From Patescibacteria group bacterium (GTDB taxonomy: Bacteria; Patescibacteriota; Patescibacteriia; UBA1558; GWA2-36-10), in contig JBAZKN010000004.1 of NCBI GenBank assembly GCA_041650755.1, positions 4,624 through 68,623 on the forward strand: a stretch of 64,000 nt of DNA, in the 5' to 3' direction. Below are positions 29,309 through 39,873 of this stretch, piece after piece; the first letter of the stretch is position 1, and every line of letters starts with the position of its first letter. A program made the translations under genes and the position numbers. The notes under the pieces were generated by a model that ran no database searches, was not told where the DNA came from, and saw only the letters and a program-made list of their open reading frames with translations.

Positions 29309-31699
29309 TTATCTCTTTAATTTTTTCTCCGTCTGATTGATAGCCAAGGTGGTTTTGACAACGGTATCAGGATTCAAAGAAATTGAATCAATCCCCTCTT
29401 CCACCAAAAATTGAGCAAAATCCGGAAAATCCGATGGAGCTTGGCCGCAGATACCAATTTTAGTCTTGTGCATTTTAGCGGTTTTGATCACTTGGCGCAA
29501 TAATAATTTGACTGATTCGTTTCTTTCATCATACACATGGGCAACCAGCGGCGAGTCCCGATCCACGCCCAGGGTAAGCTGAGTAAGATCATTGGAGCCA
29601 ATAGAAAAACCATCAAAAATTTTACAAAAATCTGCAGCTAAAATTACATTGGATGGAATCTCACACATAACATAAATCTCCAAGCCGTTGACACCCCGTT
29701 TGAGGCCATGCTCGGCCATAATGCCCAAAACATTCCTGCCTTCCTCTATGGTCCGGCAGAAAGGCACCATAATTTTTAAATTTTTGAGGCCCATAGCCCG
29801 GCGCACTCGGGCCAGAGCTTTGCATTCTAGCACAAAGGCCGGCAAATATTTCTCATCATAATAGCGACTTGCCCCGCGCCAGCCAAGCATTGGATTGTTC
29901 TCTGTCGGCTCAAATTCTTTACCACCAATCAAATTAGCGTATTCATTTGATTTGAAGTCCGATAAACGAACAATGACGTCTTTAGGATAAAAACTAGCGG
30001 CAATCCGCGCTACGCCTTCAGTTAATTTATCCACAAAATATTGGGTCTTATTATTATAGCCGACCGTCAAAGCTTCAATCTGTTTTTTGGCCTTGTGATC
30101 TTTTAGATGATGAAAATGTATCAGAGCCAGGGGATGAATCTTTATGGTATTATTGATGATAAATTCTTCTCTGGCTAAACCCACGCCATCATTTGGTATA
30201 AAGCTGTCGGCCATAGCTGTTTCTGGGTTGCCAACATTCATCATGATCTTGGTCCGAGGTTTTTTTATAGTCTTTAAATCCGTCTTTTTTATTTTAAAAG
30301 ATAATAAGCCCTCATAAACAAAGCCCCGCTCGCCTTCGGCGCAAGACACTGTCACATTTTGTTTATTGCGAATATGCTCGGTGCCATTTTGCGTGCCCAC
30401 TACGCAGGGAATGCCTAGCTCACGGCTGACAATGGCCGCATGACAGGTGCGGCCACCTTCGTTGGTGACTATGGCCGAGGCTTTTTTCATGATTGGCTCC
30501 CAATCGGGATCAGTCATGACTGTGACCAACACTTCGCCCTGTTTAAAATTATCAATTTCCGAAACATCTCTGATGACATGGGCCACTCCCTGGCCAATCT
30601 TGTTGCCTACTGAAGCGCCTTCGGCTAAAAGCGGACCGCGGCCGTGCAAAATATATTCCAATAAAACATTCTGATCGTCTTGAGAGCGGACAGTCTCCGG
30701 CCGAGCCTGGACAATATAAAGTCTGCCCGTCACGCCGTCTTTGGCCCACTCCATGTCCATCGGTTTTTTGTAATGTTTTTCAATGGTCACGCCCCACTTG
30801 GCAAGCTGTAAAACTTCACTGTCGGTCAAACAAAATTTATTTCTTTCCAACACCGACACCCTTACATTCTTGGTGCTCTTATTACCGCCAAAACTATAAA
30901 CTAATTTCTGTTCTTTAGAACCCAAACGCCGACCAATAATTGATTTGAAGCCTTTTAGCAATGTAGGTTTGAAAATATAATATTCATCAGGATTGACTGC
31001 TCCTTTGACCACATACTCTCCAAGACCATAAGAGGCGTTAATCAACACCGCATCTTTAAAGCCGGATTCAGTGTCAATGGAAAACATCACGCCCGAACAA
31101 GCCTTGTCAGAGCGCACCATTTTTTGCACCGTGATAGATAACTTTACTTTAAAGTGATCAAAGCCCTTATCCTTGCGGTAAGAAATAGCCCGATCAGTAA
31201 ATAAAGACGACACGCATTTTTTACAAGCTTCCAGCAAATCATGCTCGCCACGAATATTGAGATATGATTCTTGCTGGCCGGCAAAAGAAGCATCAACCAG
31301 GTCTTCGGCCGTCGCCGAACTCCTGACCGCCACATCAACATGGCTGGTCTTAAACTCCCTGGATAATTTTTTATAAGCAGCAATAATCTCCTTTTTTAAA
31401 TCATCGGGAAATTCTGCCCGCAAAATAGCCTGGCGGACCAAATGGCCGCGGCTCGATAAATTTTTTATATTACCAGTATCCAGGCCCCGCAAAATATTCT
31501 TGATCTTATCTTTGACTTTGCCGGTAGTGATAAAATATTCATAAGCCTGGGCTGTGACAGCAAAGCCATTGGGCACGCGAATGCCGGCTTTGGTCAGGTG
31601 CCGATACATTTCACCCAAAGAAGCGCCTTTGCCGCCCACCAAAGGAACGTCTTTGATACCGATTTCTTTGAACCAGAGAATATATTTATTTTTTTGCAT
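29309..31699 (-). CDS. ppsA: Phosphoenolpyruvate synthase (pyruvate, water dikinase)
   Basis: VGGKGASLGEM N-terminal ATP-grasp motif, GGRTCHAAIVSRELGIPCVVG phospho-His domain and a C-terminal PEP-utilising TIM barrel. 796 aa. Confidence 0.8.
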   Translation of the reverse strand: MQKNKYILWFKEIGIKDVPLVGGKGASLGEMYRHLTKAGIRVPNGFAVTAQAYEYFITTGKVKDKIKNILRGLDTGNIKNLSSRGHLVRQAILRAEFPDDLKKEIIAAYKKLSREFKTSHVDVAVRSSATAEDLVDASFAGQQESYLNIRGEHDLLEACKKCVSSLFTDRAISYRKDKGFDHFKVKLSITVQKMVRSDKACSGVMFSIDTESGFKDAVLINASYGLGEYVVKGAVNPDEYYIFKPTLLKGFKSIIGRRLGSKEQKLVYSFGGNKSTKNVRVSVLERNKFCLTDSEVLQLAKWGVTIEKHYKKPMDMEWAKDGVTGRLYIVQARPETVRSQDDQNVLLEYILHGRGPLLAEGASVGNKIGQGVAHVIRDVSEIDNFKQGEVLVTVMTDPDWEPIMKKASAIVTNEGGRTCHAAIVSRELGIPCVVGTQNGTEHIRNKQNVTVSCAEGERGFVYEGLLSFKIKKTDLKTIKKPRTKIMMNVGNPETAMADSFIPNDGVGLAREEFIINNTIKIHPLALIHFHHLKDHKAKKQIEALTVGYNNKTQYFVDKLTEGVARIAASFYPKDVIVRLSDFKSNEYANLIGGKEFEPTENNPMLGWRGASRYYDEKYLPAFVLECKALARVRRAMGLKNLKIMVPFCRTIEEGRNVLGIMAEHGLKRGVNGLEIYVMCEIPSNVILAADFCKIFDGFSIGSNDLTQLTLGVDRDSPLVAHVYDERNESVKLLLRQVIKTAKMHKTKIGICGQAPSDFPDFAQFLVEEGIDSISLNPDTVVKTTLAINQTEKKLKR

Positions 31700-31745
31700 A
31701 AATATTTGTTTCTGCTAAATTTATTTAACAGGATAAATTTTTATT

Positions 31746-32054
31746 TTATAAATTGAGCTTGTCTATATACTTGCCAAAAAATGGTAAGCGCCAATATTTA
31801 CCGTGCAAAACTTGGCTAATACCATACAGAGAAAAGAAGACTGCTAGTAGAAATACCGGCCACAATAGCCAGCCAAAAGCACCAGAAATAATCTCCACCA
31901 ATAAAAGCACTAGGCCCTGCTTGGCGTGCCACTGGACAAAAGATGATTGTTTTTTAAAAATTAGCGGAATAAAACACAAAATGCCGACATAAGACATGGC
32001 AGCTGAAATTTTATGTTCCTCAACATCATTCTTGTTGGGCAAAATAGGTTTCAT
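31746..32054 (-). CDS. Small membrane protein (DUF4870-like)
   Basis: SYVGILCFIPLIF ... HAKQGL pattern; 102 aa. Confidence 0.4.
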   Translation of the reverse strand: MKPILPNKNDVEEHKISAAMSYVGILCFIPLIFKKQSSFVQWHAKQGLVLLLVEIISGAFGWLLWPVFLLAVFFSLYGISQVLHGKYWRLPFFGKYIDKLNL

Positions 32055-32161
32055 CGCGTTAAAAATTTTAATTAATTAAGTATTGTGTTCTAAAATAGAA
32101 TATACAAATTCTCAATATTCCCGCAAAACATATTTGATAAATTTTAACGGGATAAATATTT

Positions 32162-32722
32162 TTACTTTTTTACTAATTTAAAATACAGGGCGCTGACTAA
32201 GGCTACTAATAATATCGCCCAAATCGGGTCAATCAAGAGATTTAGCCAAGCCCAGACAGCCTGCATATAAATAATCTTGACGATGCCGGATAAAATAGTG
32301 CCTAGTAGCCAAGCCGTAAAAGCTACAGCCAAAATCCGATCACGACTAAAGCCCCAGGTGTGCCCCAGCTGCAGCCAAACGATCAGGGCCACCAAGCGCC
32401 ATAGCCAGCTGACTAGCAAAAGAGTGTCTCCTGTCCAAAAACTATGTTCTGACCAAAACAACAATAAATATTCACCAGCTACCAAAATAGCCAAAACTAC
32501 CAGTGAAGTAAAAATCCAGCTCAAAATCTTTGGCTCTTTTGGTTTTAGTTTACTAACCTCAGTGCGTAGTAGCTCCTCTATTTCCGGTGAACCAAAATCA
32601 GCTACCCAAACTTCAGTCTCCCGAAAACCCAAAACCGGGTCAGTATTTTTATTTTTCTTTTTAAAAATAGATCTAACCATGTCTATATTATAACATAAAA
32701 TAAGCCAAACAAAAAATCCCAC
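32162..32722 (-). CDS. Membrane protein, hypothetical
   Basis: 186 aa with 4-5 TM helices. Confidence 0.45.
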   Translation of the reverse strand: MGFFVWLILCYNIDMVRSIFKKKNKNTDPVLGFRETEVWVADFGSPEIEELLRTEVSKLKPKEPKILSWIFTSLVVLAILVAGEYLLLFWSEHSFWTGDTLLLVSWLWRLVALIVWLQLGHTWGFSRDRILAVAFTAWLLGTILSGIVKIIYMQAVWAWLNLLIDPIWAILLVALVSALYFKLVKK

Positions 32723-32762
32723 CCCACATTATAAAAATTTACGTGGAGCGGGACAGATTAAT

Positions 32763-34868
32763 TTACTCTGAAATCTTATTTAAATCATCATTGCTAATGC
32801 CTAAACTCAAATAACGCATAATCTGATAAGCGGCCGTACCATCCTTCATATAGTAACGCTTGCCATCTGCTGGGTTTACATACCAGGCTTCGCCATTGTT
32901 TTCCACCTGAAGTAATATTCTACCTTTTACTCTGTTCACCAAAGCTTGGTTAGTTGTACTACCGGCATTAGCCGTCGGTGGCAAAGTAATATTTAGACGA
33001 CTATCATTGCCGATAGGAATTTTTTGTAAATCAACATTTTTGATCCCCAGTCCGGTATCCCGCATAACTCCGTAAGCGGTCTCGCCGTCTTTTATATATA
33101 TTTTTTTGCCATCGGTTGGTTTGACATAATAAGCCTCCCCGCGAGATTCCACTTGCAGTAAAATTCTCCCCTTAACTCTATTTATCAATCCGGTTTCAAC
33201 TTTTATCGGTTTGGCCGCAACGGTGCAAGGACCTTCTTTATCACCATGAGCTAAGTGCGCGGCTAAAGCTGATTTCGCAATCTCCAAAGTGTTGGTTTTA
33301 TTATTACCCATCACATGGCAGACAAAAACTTTTTCTTCAGGAATATAGCCTGGAGAACCATAGGTAGTAAAATCAATAATTTTAGGAGCACCATATTTAT
33401 AACTAAGCTCCCCTGGTATACCAGCTGTCTTTTTTAGCTCTACATAATACTTAGTATCAGCTAATAAATTATTCAAGGTAACTATGCTGGCATTAATATT
33501 GCCCGTCACTGTCGCATCATCAGATACACCGCTATTTAACCAACTTATATTAGACAAAGCATTGGTATTAGTAGCATGGCGATACCAACCGTTGCTACCC
33601 ATATTTACTGCCTGCCAATATATTCTAGCCGAATTTGTAGTCAGCTGGTCAACTCTGGTTTCGGCAATATCCAAACTAGGTGAATATGAGCCCACGGTAC
33701 CTGTGACAAAAGAAAATTCAGTAAGCTGACCGTATTGACTACCAAGATTTTTTCTAACTTGAATATAATAAGTAGCGCCGGCATCCAGACCGGACAAGTC
33801 TACTTGGCTAGCAAACATGTTGCCAGTCACATCTGGATTATTACTGACCCCTTCTGTAAGCCAAGACAAATTACTCAATGCATTTTTATCTTTAGAATAA
33901 CGATATTCTCCGGTGCTACCAATATTTGCGCGCCACCAAATTCTAACGGAATTTTTCGTCACATTAATCGCTCTGTACTCAATAACATTGAGTAAATTAG
34001 TATCATAAACGGTAATCCATTTGCTGGCACTATTATTCCAAAAACTTAATTCAGCGTCTGTATCATGGGGATTATAAACAAAGCTAATAAACTCATTTCT
34101 CTTTTTTGGATATGTGCCCTTGAAGCTATAATAAAAAGTATCCCCTGGTTTAATTGGATTGGCGCTAGATACTTTAGGCATAGTAGTTTCCGTTACCACC
34201 AAATTACCCAGCACTTTATAAATATTATCTAATATAGCTTGGCTGGTAATATTAGTGGTGCCGGTATTTCTAGCCTGTATTTTAATTTCTACTGGCTCAT
34301 TCACTATCGGCATATCCGGTATTATCTGAATATAATCTACCCCAATATCCGGACCTCCAACCGCCTCACCAATGGTATCAACTATGCCCTGAAATGTCCC
34401 GGCACACCAGTGGATATCATTTACTTCATACTTTTTTGTAAACTGATAATAACAAGCTTGACTATAATCGTTGTTATACCAATTTGCTATCAAACTAATA
34501 TCTGATAAGTTAACTTTGCCGTCATTATTGATATCAACAATTTCATTATAAGTCTGCGTGCGCACAGCATCACTCACCAACCCAAACAAAGAACTGCACC
34601 AGCTATCACTAACAGAATAATTAGGGCTACTGCCGGTTGTATTTTGTGGGGCAGATAACTTTGATTGGTAAAATTGATAACACTTTGCATGATTATTGGA
34701 AGTGAGCCAACCAGATACCAGACTGGTATCTGATAAATTAATTGCCTGGTCTTTATTAAGGTCAAAAATGTTGGAATAGCGACCAACGTAAATGCTGGCT
34801 GAACCAGACTGAGCCATCAATAAAAATGCCAAAGCTATTATTAACCCTAGATAAACTTTTTTAGACAT
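32763..34868 (-). CDS. Secreted protein with dockerin-like Ca-binding repeats, FN3-like domains and two C-terminal repeats of about 55 aa shared with the S11 peptidase
   Basis: Signal peptide. DLNKDQAINLSDTSL and DINNDGKVNLSDISL are dockerin or EF-hand-like. There are two W.RA/WQA FN3-like repeats. C-terminal NRVKGRILLQVE..GEAWYV.P.DGKRYY.KDG repeats. Confidence 0.6.
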   Translation of the reverse strand: MSKKVYLGLIIALAFLLMAQSGSASIYVGRYSNIFDLNKDQAINLSDTSLVSGWLTSNNHAKCYQFYQSKLSAPQNTTGSSPNYSVSDSWCSSLFGLVSDAVRTQTYNEIVDINNDGKVNLSDISLIANWYNNDYSQACYYQFTKKYEVNDIHWCAGTFQGIVDTIGEAVGGPDIGVDYIQIIPDMPIVNEPVEIKIQARNTGTTNITSQAILDNIYKVLGNLVVTETTMPKVSSANPIKPGDTFYYSFKGTYPKKRNEFISFVYNPHDTDAELSFWNNSASKWITVYDTNLLNVIEYRAINVTKNSVRIWWRANIGSTGEYRYSKDKNALSNLSWLTEGVSNNPDVTGNMFASQVDLSGLDAGATYYIQVRKNLGSQYGQLTEFSFVTGTVGSYSPSLDIAETRVDQLTTNSARIYWQAVNMGSNGWYRHATNTNALSNISWLNSGVSDDATVTGNINASIVTLNNLLADTKYYVELKKTAGIPGELSYKYGAPKIIDFTTYGSPGYIPEEKVFVCHVMGNNKTNTLEIAKSALAAHLAHGDKEGPCTVAAKPIKVETGLINRVKGRILLQVESRGEAYYVKPTDGKKIYIKDGETAYGVMRDTGLGIKNVDLQKIPIGNDSRLNITLPPTANAGSTTNQALVNRVKGRILLQVENNGEAWYVNPADGKRYYMKDGTAAYQIMRYLSLGISNDDLNKISE

Positions 34869-35006
34869 AGTTTTTAATAAAAATTTTAATTAAAGTATAT
34901 AAAAATATATTAAAAATCAGGAAGTAGCTCTTATTTTATTATACCAAAAACACCTGCCTAATAAAAGACGGGTGTTTTCTAAAATTAATTTTGTTTGAGC
35001 AATACA

Positions 35007-36770
<1,764 letters not shown>

Positions 36771-36780
36771 ACGTAAAAAA

Positions 36781-37056
36781 TTATTCAACGACAGCTAACA
36801 AGTCCTCGTGGTTTAATATCTTGTACTCCGCACCATCAATCTTAATCTCCGATCCGCCGTATTCAGAAAAAACGACCTTTTGTCCGATTTGCAAATTTAA
36901 TTTAGAAATTTTTTCACCGGCTCCGACAGCCACTATCTCACCTTGGGAGCGAGATTCTTTATTGACTGTGTCCGGTAAAATAATGCCGCCTTTGGTGGTT
37001 TCTTCTTTGGGTAATGGTTTGACAACTACCCGATCGCCTAGTGGTTTTAACTTCAT
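36781..37056 (-). CDS. groS: Co-chaperonin GroES
   Basis: MKLKPLGDRVVVKP ... 91 aa. Start trimmed to the conserved N-terminus. Confidence 0.9.
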   Translation of the reverse strand: MKLKPLGDRVVVKPLPKEETTKGGIILPDTVNKESRSQGEIVAVGAGEKISKLNLQIGQKVVFSEYGGSEIKIDGAEYKILNHEDLLAVVE

Positions 37057-37082
37057 ATTATTTTTATACTTAAAATTAATGA

Positions 37083-37109
37083 TTAGCACTTTGTATTTTA
37101 GAGTGCTAA
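37083..37109. promoter_or_regulatory. CIRCE operator (HrcA binding site) upstream of groES
   Basis: TTAGCACTT-N9-GAGTGCTAA, a near-perfect match to the CIRCE consensus TTAGCACTC-N9-GAGTGCTAA. Confidence 0.8.
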
Positions 37110-37123
37110 TAAAAAATTGTCAA
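37095..37123 (-). promoter_or_regulatory. Sigma-70-type promoter for groES-groEL overlapping CIRCE
   Basis: On the minus strand, TTGACA-N17-TAAAAT. Confidence 0.55.
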
Positions 37124-37179
37124 GAGAATGTAATACTATATCACAAAATAATCAAAATAAAACGAAGTAAAAATAAAGG

Positions 37180-37208
37180 TTGACAAAAAAATATATTTAT
37201 GCTATTAT
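37180..37208 (+). promoter_or_regulatory. Sigma-70-type promoter upstream of the NfeD-like/flotillin pair
   Basis: TTGACA-N17-TATTAT lies in host-like AT-rich sequence immediately before the GC-rich island. Confidence 0.45.
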
Positions 37209-37378
37209 GCAACGTTTTGGCTAAACGGCAAAAATGGAGCCTTTGGTTAGCCAAGGGGTTCCTTAAAAGTCATACATCATTGTTGTTCAGCATCGATATC
37301 TGCACACTCAAGGTGCCAGTAGACAGGACGCAGCAATTCAACACTGCTGCCGGTTTCTTCCAACGAAAGGGGTCTACG

Positions 37379-37978
37379 ATGCTCGCAGTCCTGGCAATGA
37401 CCTTCTGGCAAAAGCTGGGGAACGACATCGGAATGATGGTGTTCGCTGCCCTGGCGATGATCGGTGGGGTCTTCACCTTGATCTCCATGATCTTCGGTCA
37501 TGGCGACCACGACGTCGGCCACGACTTCAGCGCGGGCGACCACGACTTCAGCGCGGGCGACCAGGATGACAGTGCCGGCTCGAACTTCTTCTCGGTTCGC
37601 AACATCATGCTCTTCATGACCGGATTCGGCGGCATCGGCATGCTGGCCAAGTACAAGGGCGCTGACTTCATCGAGAGCAGCTTCTGGGGCGCTTTCTCTG
37701 GCCTCATCATGGCGTTGATCGGCTATCTGATCTACCGCGCTCTCTACAAGAGCCAGGCCTCGTCGCACATCGACAACTCGATGTTGCGCGGTTCAATCGC
37801 GCAAGTGGAAGAGCCCATCGTCCAGAACGGCGTGGGCATCATCGTGGCCGGGGGCGAGATCAACCACATCGTCCGCCTCCGAGCCAGAACCAAGGAGGGC
37901 ACGCCGGTCCCGAGTGGCCGCCAAGTCCGCATTCTGGAGGTCAGCGGCACCGAAGCTCTGGCCGAAGCGCAGCAGTAG
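37379..37978 (+). CDS. NfeD-like membrane protein (flotillin partner)
   Basis: GAAAGGGG SD. Two TM helices, an acidic HDFSAGD repeat, then a C-terminal OB-like domain (GVGIIVAGGEINHIVRLRARTK ... RQVRILEVSGT). High GC. The supplied ORF's upstream extension is probably untranslated leader. Confidence 0.6.
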   Translation: MLAVLAMTFWQKLGNDIGMMVFAALAMIGGVFTLISMIFGHGDHDVGHDFSAGDHDFSAGDQDDSAGSNFFSVRNIMLFMTGFGGIGMLAKYKGADFIESSFWGAFSGLIMALIGYLIYRALYKSQASSHIDNSMLRGSIAQVEEPIVQNGVGIIVAGGEINHIVRLRARTKEGTPVPSGRQVRILEVSGTEALAEAQQ

Positions 37979-38042
37979 TCTACACCACCCACCCAACTCC
38001 ATCCAGTGAAGGAGACGAGTCATAGAGCAGGCAACCCACCTC

Positions 38043-39788
38043 ATGCAGTACCTGATCCCGGCGATCGTACTGTTCGTACTGATCGCCTTCGGCGGTGTGA
38101 TCCGTCTGGCGGCCAGGAATTACATCAAGGTCGCGCCCAACGAGGTCGCGATCGTGTGCGGCAGCCGGCACAGGACCTCGGTCATCGTACCCGGCCAGGC
38201 AGAGCCGAAGAGCGTGGTTCGAGGCTTCAGGATCGTCACCGGCGGTGCCTTCTTCAAGATCCCGATCCGTGATCGGGTCGAGATGATGAAGCTGAACCTG
38301 ATGCAGATCTCCGTTCAGGTCGTCAACGTGCCTGACATCAACGGCGTGCGCATCTCGGTCAAGGGCATCGCGAACCTCAAAGTCTTGTCGGACATGGCCT
38401 CGTTGGTCCTGGCCGTCGAGAGGTTCCTGGGCTTTGGCCTGGATTACATCGAGAAGGTAGCCAAGGAGAACCTGGAGTCCAACCTCCGCGCAGTCGTCGG
38501 CAAGATGGCCGTGGAGGAGCTGATCCGTGACCGGACCAAGCTCCAGCAGATGGTCACCGAGGAAGCGGTCCAGGACATGGCCAAGATGGGCTTGGGTCTG
38601 GATCTGATGAACGTCCAGGAGATTTCGGACGAGCAGGGGTACATCGAGGCCTTGGGCAAGAAGAGGACGGCCGAGATCAAGCGCAACGCCACCATCGGCG
38701 AAGCCGAAGCCCTGCGCGACGCCGCCATCAAGTCGGCCGAGGCCAAGCAGGCCGGCGAGACCGCCAAGGCGGCCGCCGAGCAAGCCATCAGCGACGCGAA
38801 CAAGGACATGGACGTGCGCATCGCCGAGAACAATGCCACGGTGCAGGCTCAGAAGGCCAGGATTCCGATCGTCGCCAACCAGGCCGCGGCCGAGGAACAG
38901 CGGATCCTGAACGTCAAGCTGGTCGAGGCCGACAAGGCCAAGACCGAGGCCGAGATCCTGCTGCAGGAAGCGGCGCAGAAGCGACGCGAGGCCGAACTCG
39001 ACGCGACCACGATCATCGAGGCCCAGAAGAGCAAGGAGGCCAAGATCATCGAGGCCGACGCCGAGGCGCAGGCCGCGGAACGCAAGGGCGAGGCCTACCG
39101 CATCCAGCACTCCAAGGAAGGCGAGGGCAACCAGGCCAAGCTGACCGCCGAGGCCAAGGGTCGCAAGGAAGCGGCCAGTGCCACTCAGGCGGAGCTGGTA
39201 GCTCAGGCCGAGGGCAAGAAGGCCGGACTGCTGGCCGACGCCGAGGGCAAGAAGGCCGGACTGCTGGCCGACGCCGAGGGTGTCAGGCAGACTGGTCTGG
39301 CTCGTGCTGCGGGCGTCGAGGCCGTCGGTCTGGCCGAAGGCAAGGCGTCCGAAGCCAAGGCCGCGGCCTACAAGCAGTTGGATGGCCAGGGCATGATGCT
39401 CATGTTCATCCAGCAGTCTCCCGAGGTCATCGAAGCCCTCGGCAAGGCCATCGGCAACGCCATCGCGCCGTCGGCGAACGCCATCGGGCAGGGCCTGGCC
39501 AACATCCAGGAGCTGCGCATGGTGGATCTCGGCGGCGGAATGTCCGGTTCCGCCGGCAAGGACAACATCCTGGGCCAGTTCACCAAGATGCCGATCGAGA
39601 CCATCTACGGCTTGGTGGAGCGGATGAAGGCCACGGGCATGGCTCCGGCCATCATCAAGCTCGCCAAGGACAAGTTCGGGCTCGATCTCGAGTCCGTGTT
39701 CGCCGGCGCCCCGAACCCGAAGCAGTCGCCGAGCGGTCGGGATGCCACGCATCCGGAAGGTGATGATGGCACCGCTGCCGCGGCTTAG
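38043..39788 (+). CDS. Flotillin (SPFH/band-7 domain protein, FloT/YuaG-like)
   Basis: N-terminal hydrophobic hairpin, an SPFH domain, and a long Ala/Glu/Lys-rich coiled coil with EA repeats. High-GC codon usage. Confidence 0.8.
   Translation: MQYLIPAIVLFVLIAFGGVIRLAARNYIKVAPNEVAIVCGSRHRTSVIVPGQAEPKSVVRGFRIVTGGAFFKIPIRDRVEMMKLNLMQISVQVVNVPDINGVRISVKGIANLKVLSDMASLVLAVERFLGFGLDYIEKVAKENLESNLRAVVGKMAVEELIRDRTKLQQMVTEEAVQDMAKMGLGLDLMNVQEISDEQGYIEALGKKRTAEIKRNATIGEAEALRDAAIKSAEAKQAGETAKAAAEQAISDANKDMDVRIAENNATVQAQKARIPIVANQAAAEEQRILNVKLVEADKAKTEAEILLQEAAQKRREAELDATTIIEAQKSKEAKIIEADAEAQAAERKGEAYRIQHSKEGEGNQAKLTAEAKGRKEAASATQAELVAQAEGKKAGLLADAEGKKAGLLADAEGVRQTGLARAAGVEAVGLAEGKASEAKAAAYKQLDGQGMMLMFIQQSPEVIEALGKAIGNAIAPSANAIGQGLANIQELRMVDLGGGMSGSAGKDNILGQFTKMPIETIYGLVERMKATGMAPAIIKLAKDKFGLDLESVFAGAPNPKQSPSGRDATHPEGDDGTAAAA
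39207..39272. repeat. Perfect 33-bp tandem duplication inside flotillin, with a partial third copy
   Basis: GCCGAGGGCAAGAAGGCCGGACTGCTGGCCGAC occurs twice, encoding AEGKKAGLLAD x2. Confidence 0.85.
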
Positions 39789-39837
39789 TAGAACAGACCG
39801 TCATTGACGGGATGATCTCATAGCTGGGTAGCTCTAT

Positions 39838-39872
39838 AGGGGGCAAGGTCCCACGACCTTGCCCCTTTTTCT
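39838..39872 (+). terminator. Rho-independent terminator after flotillin
   Basis: GGGGCAAGGTC-CCAC-GACCTTGCCCC followed by TTTTTCTTTT. Confidence 0.75.
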
Positions 39873-39873
39873 T

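Noticed and set aside
37277-39846. Many antisense or alternate-frame ORFs across the NfeD/flotillin island (e.g. 37980..39752 minus, 590 aa)
   Set aside because: These are artefacts of GC-rich sequence. The + strand ORFs have recognisable NfeD and flotillin motifs, while the antisense products are low-complexity R/G/L-rich.
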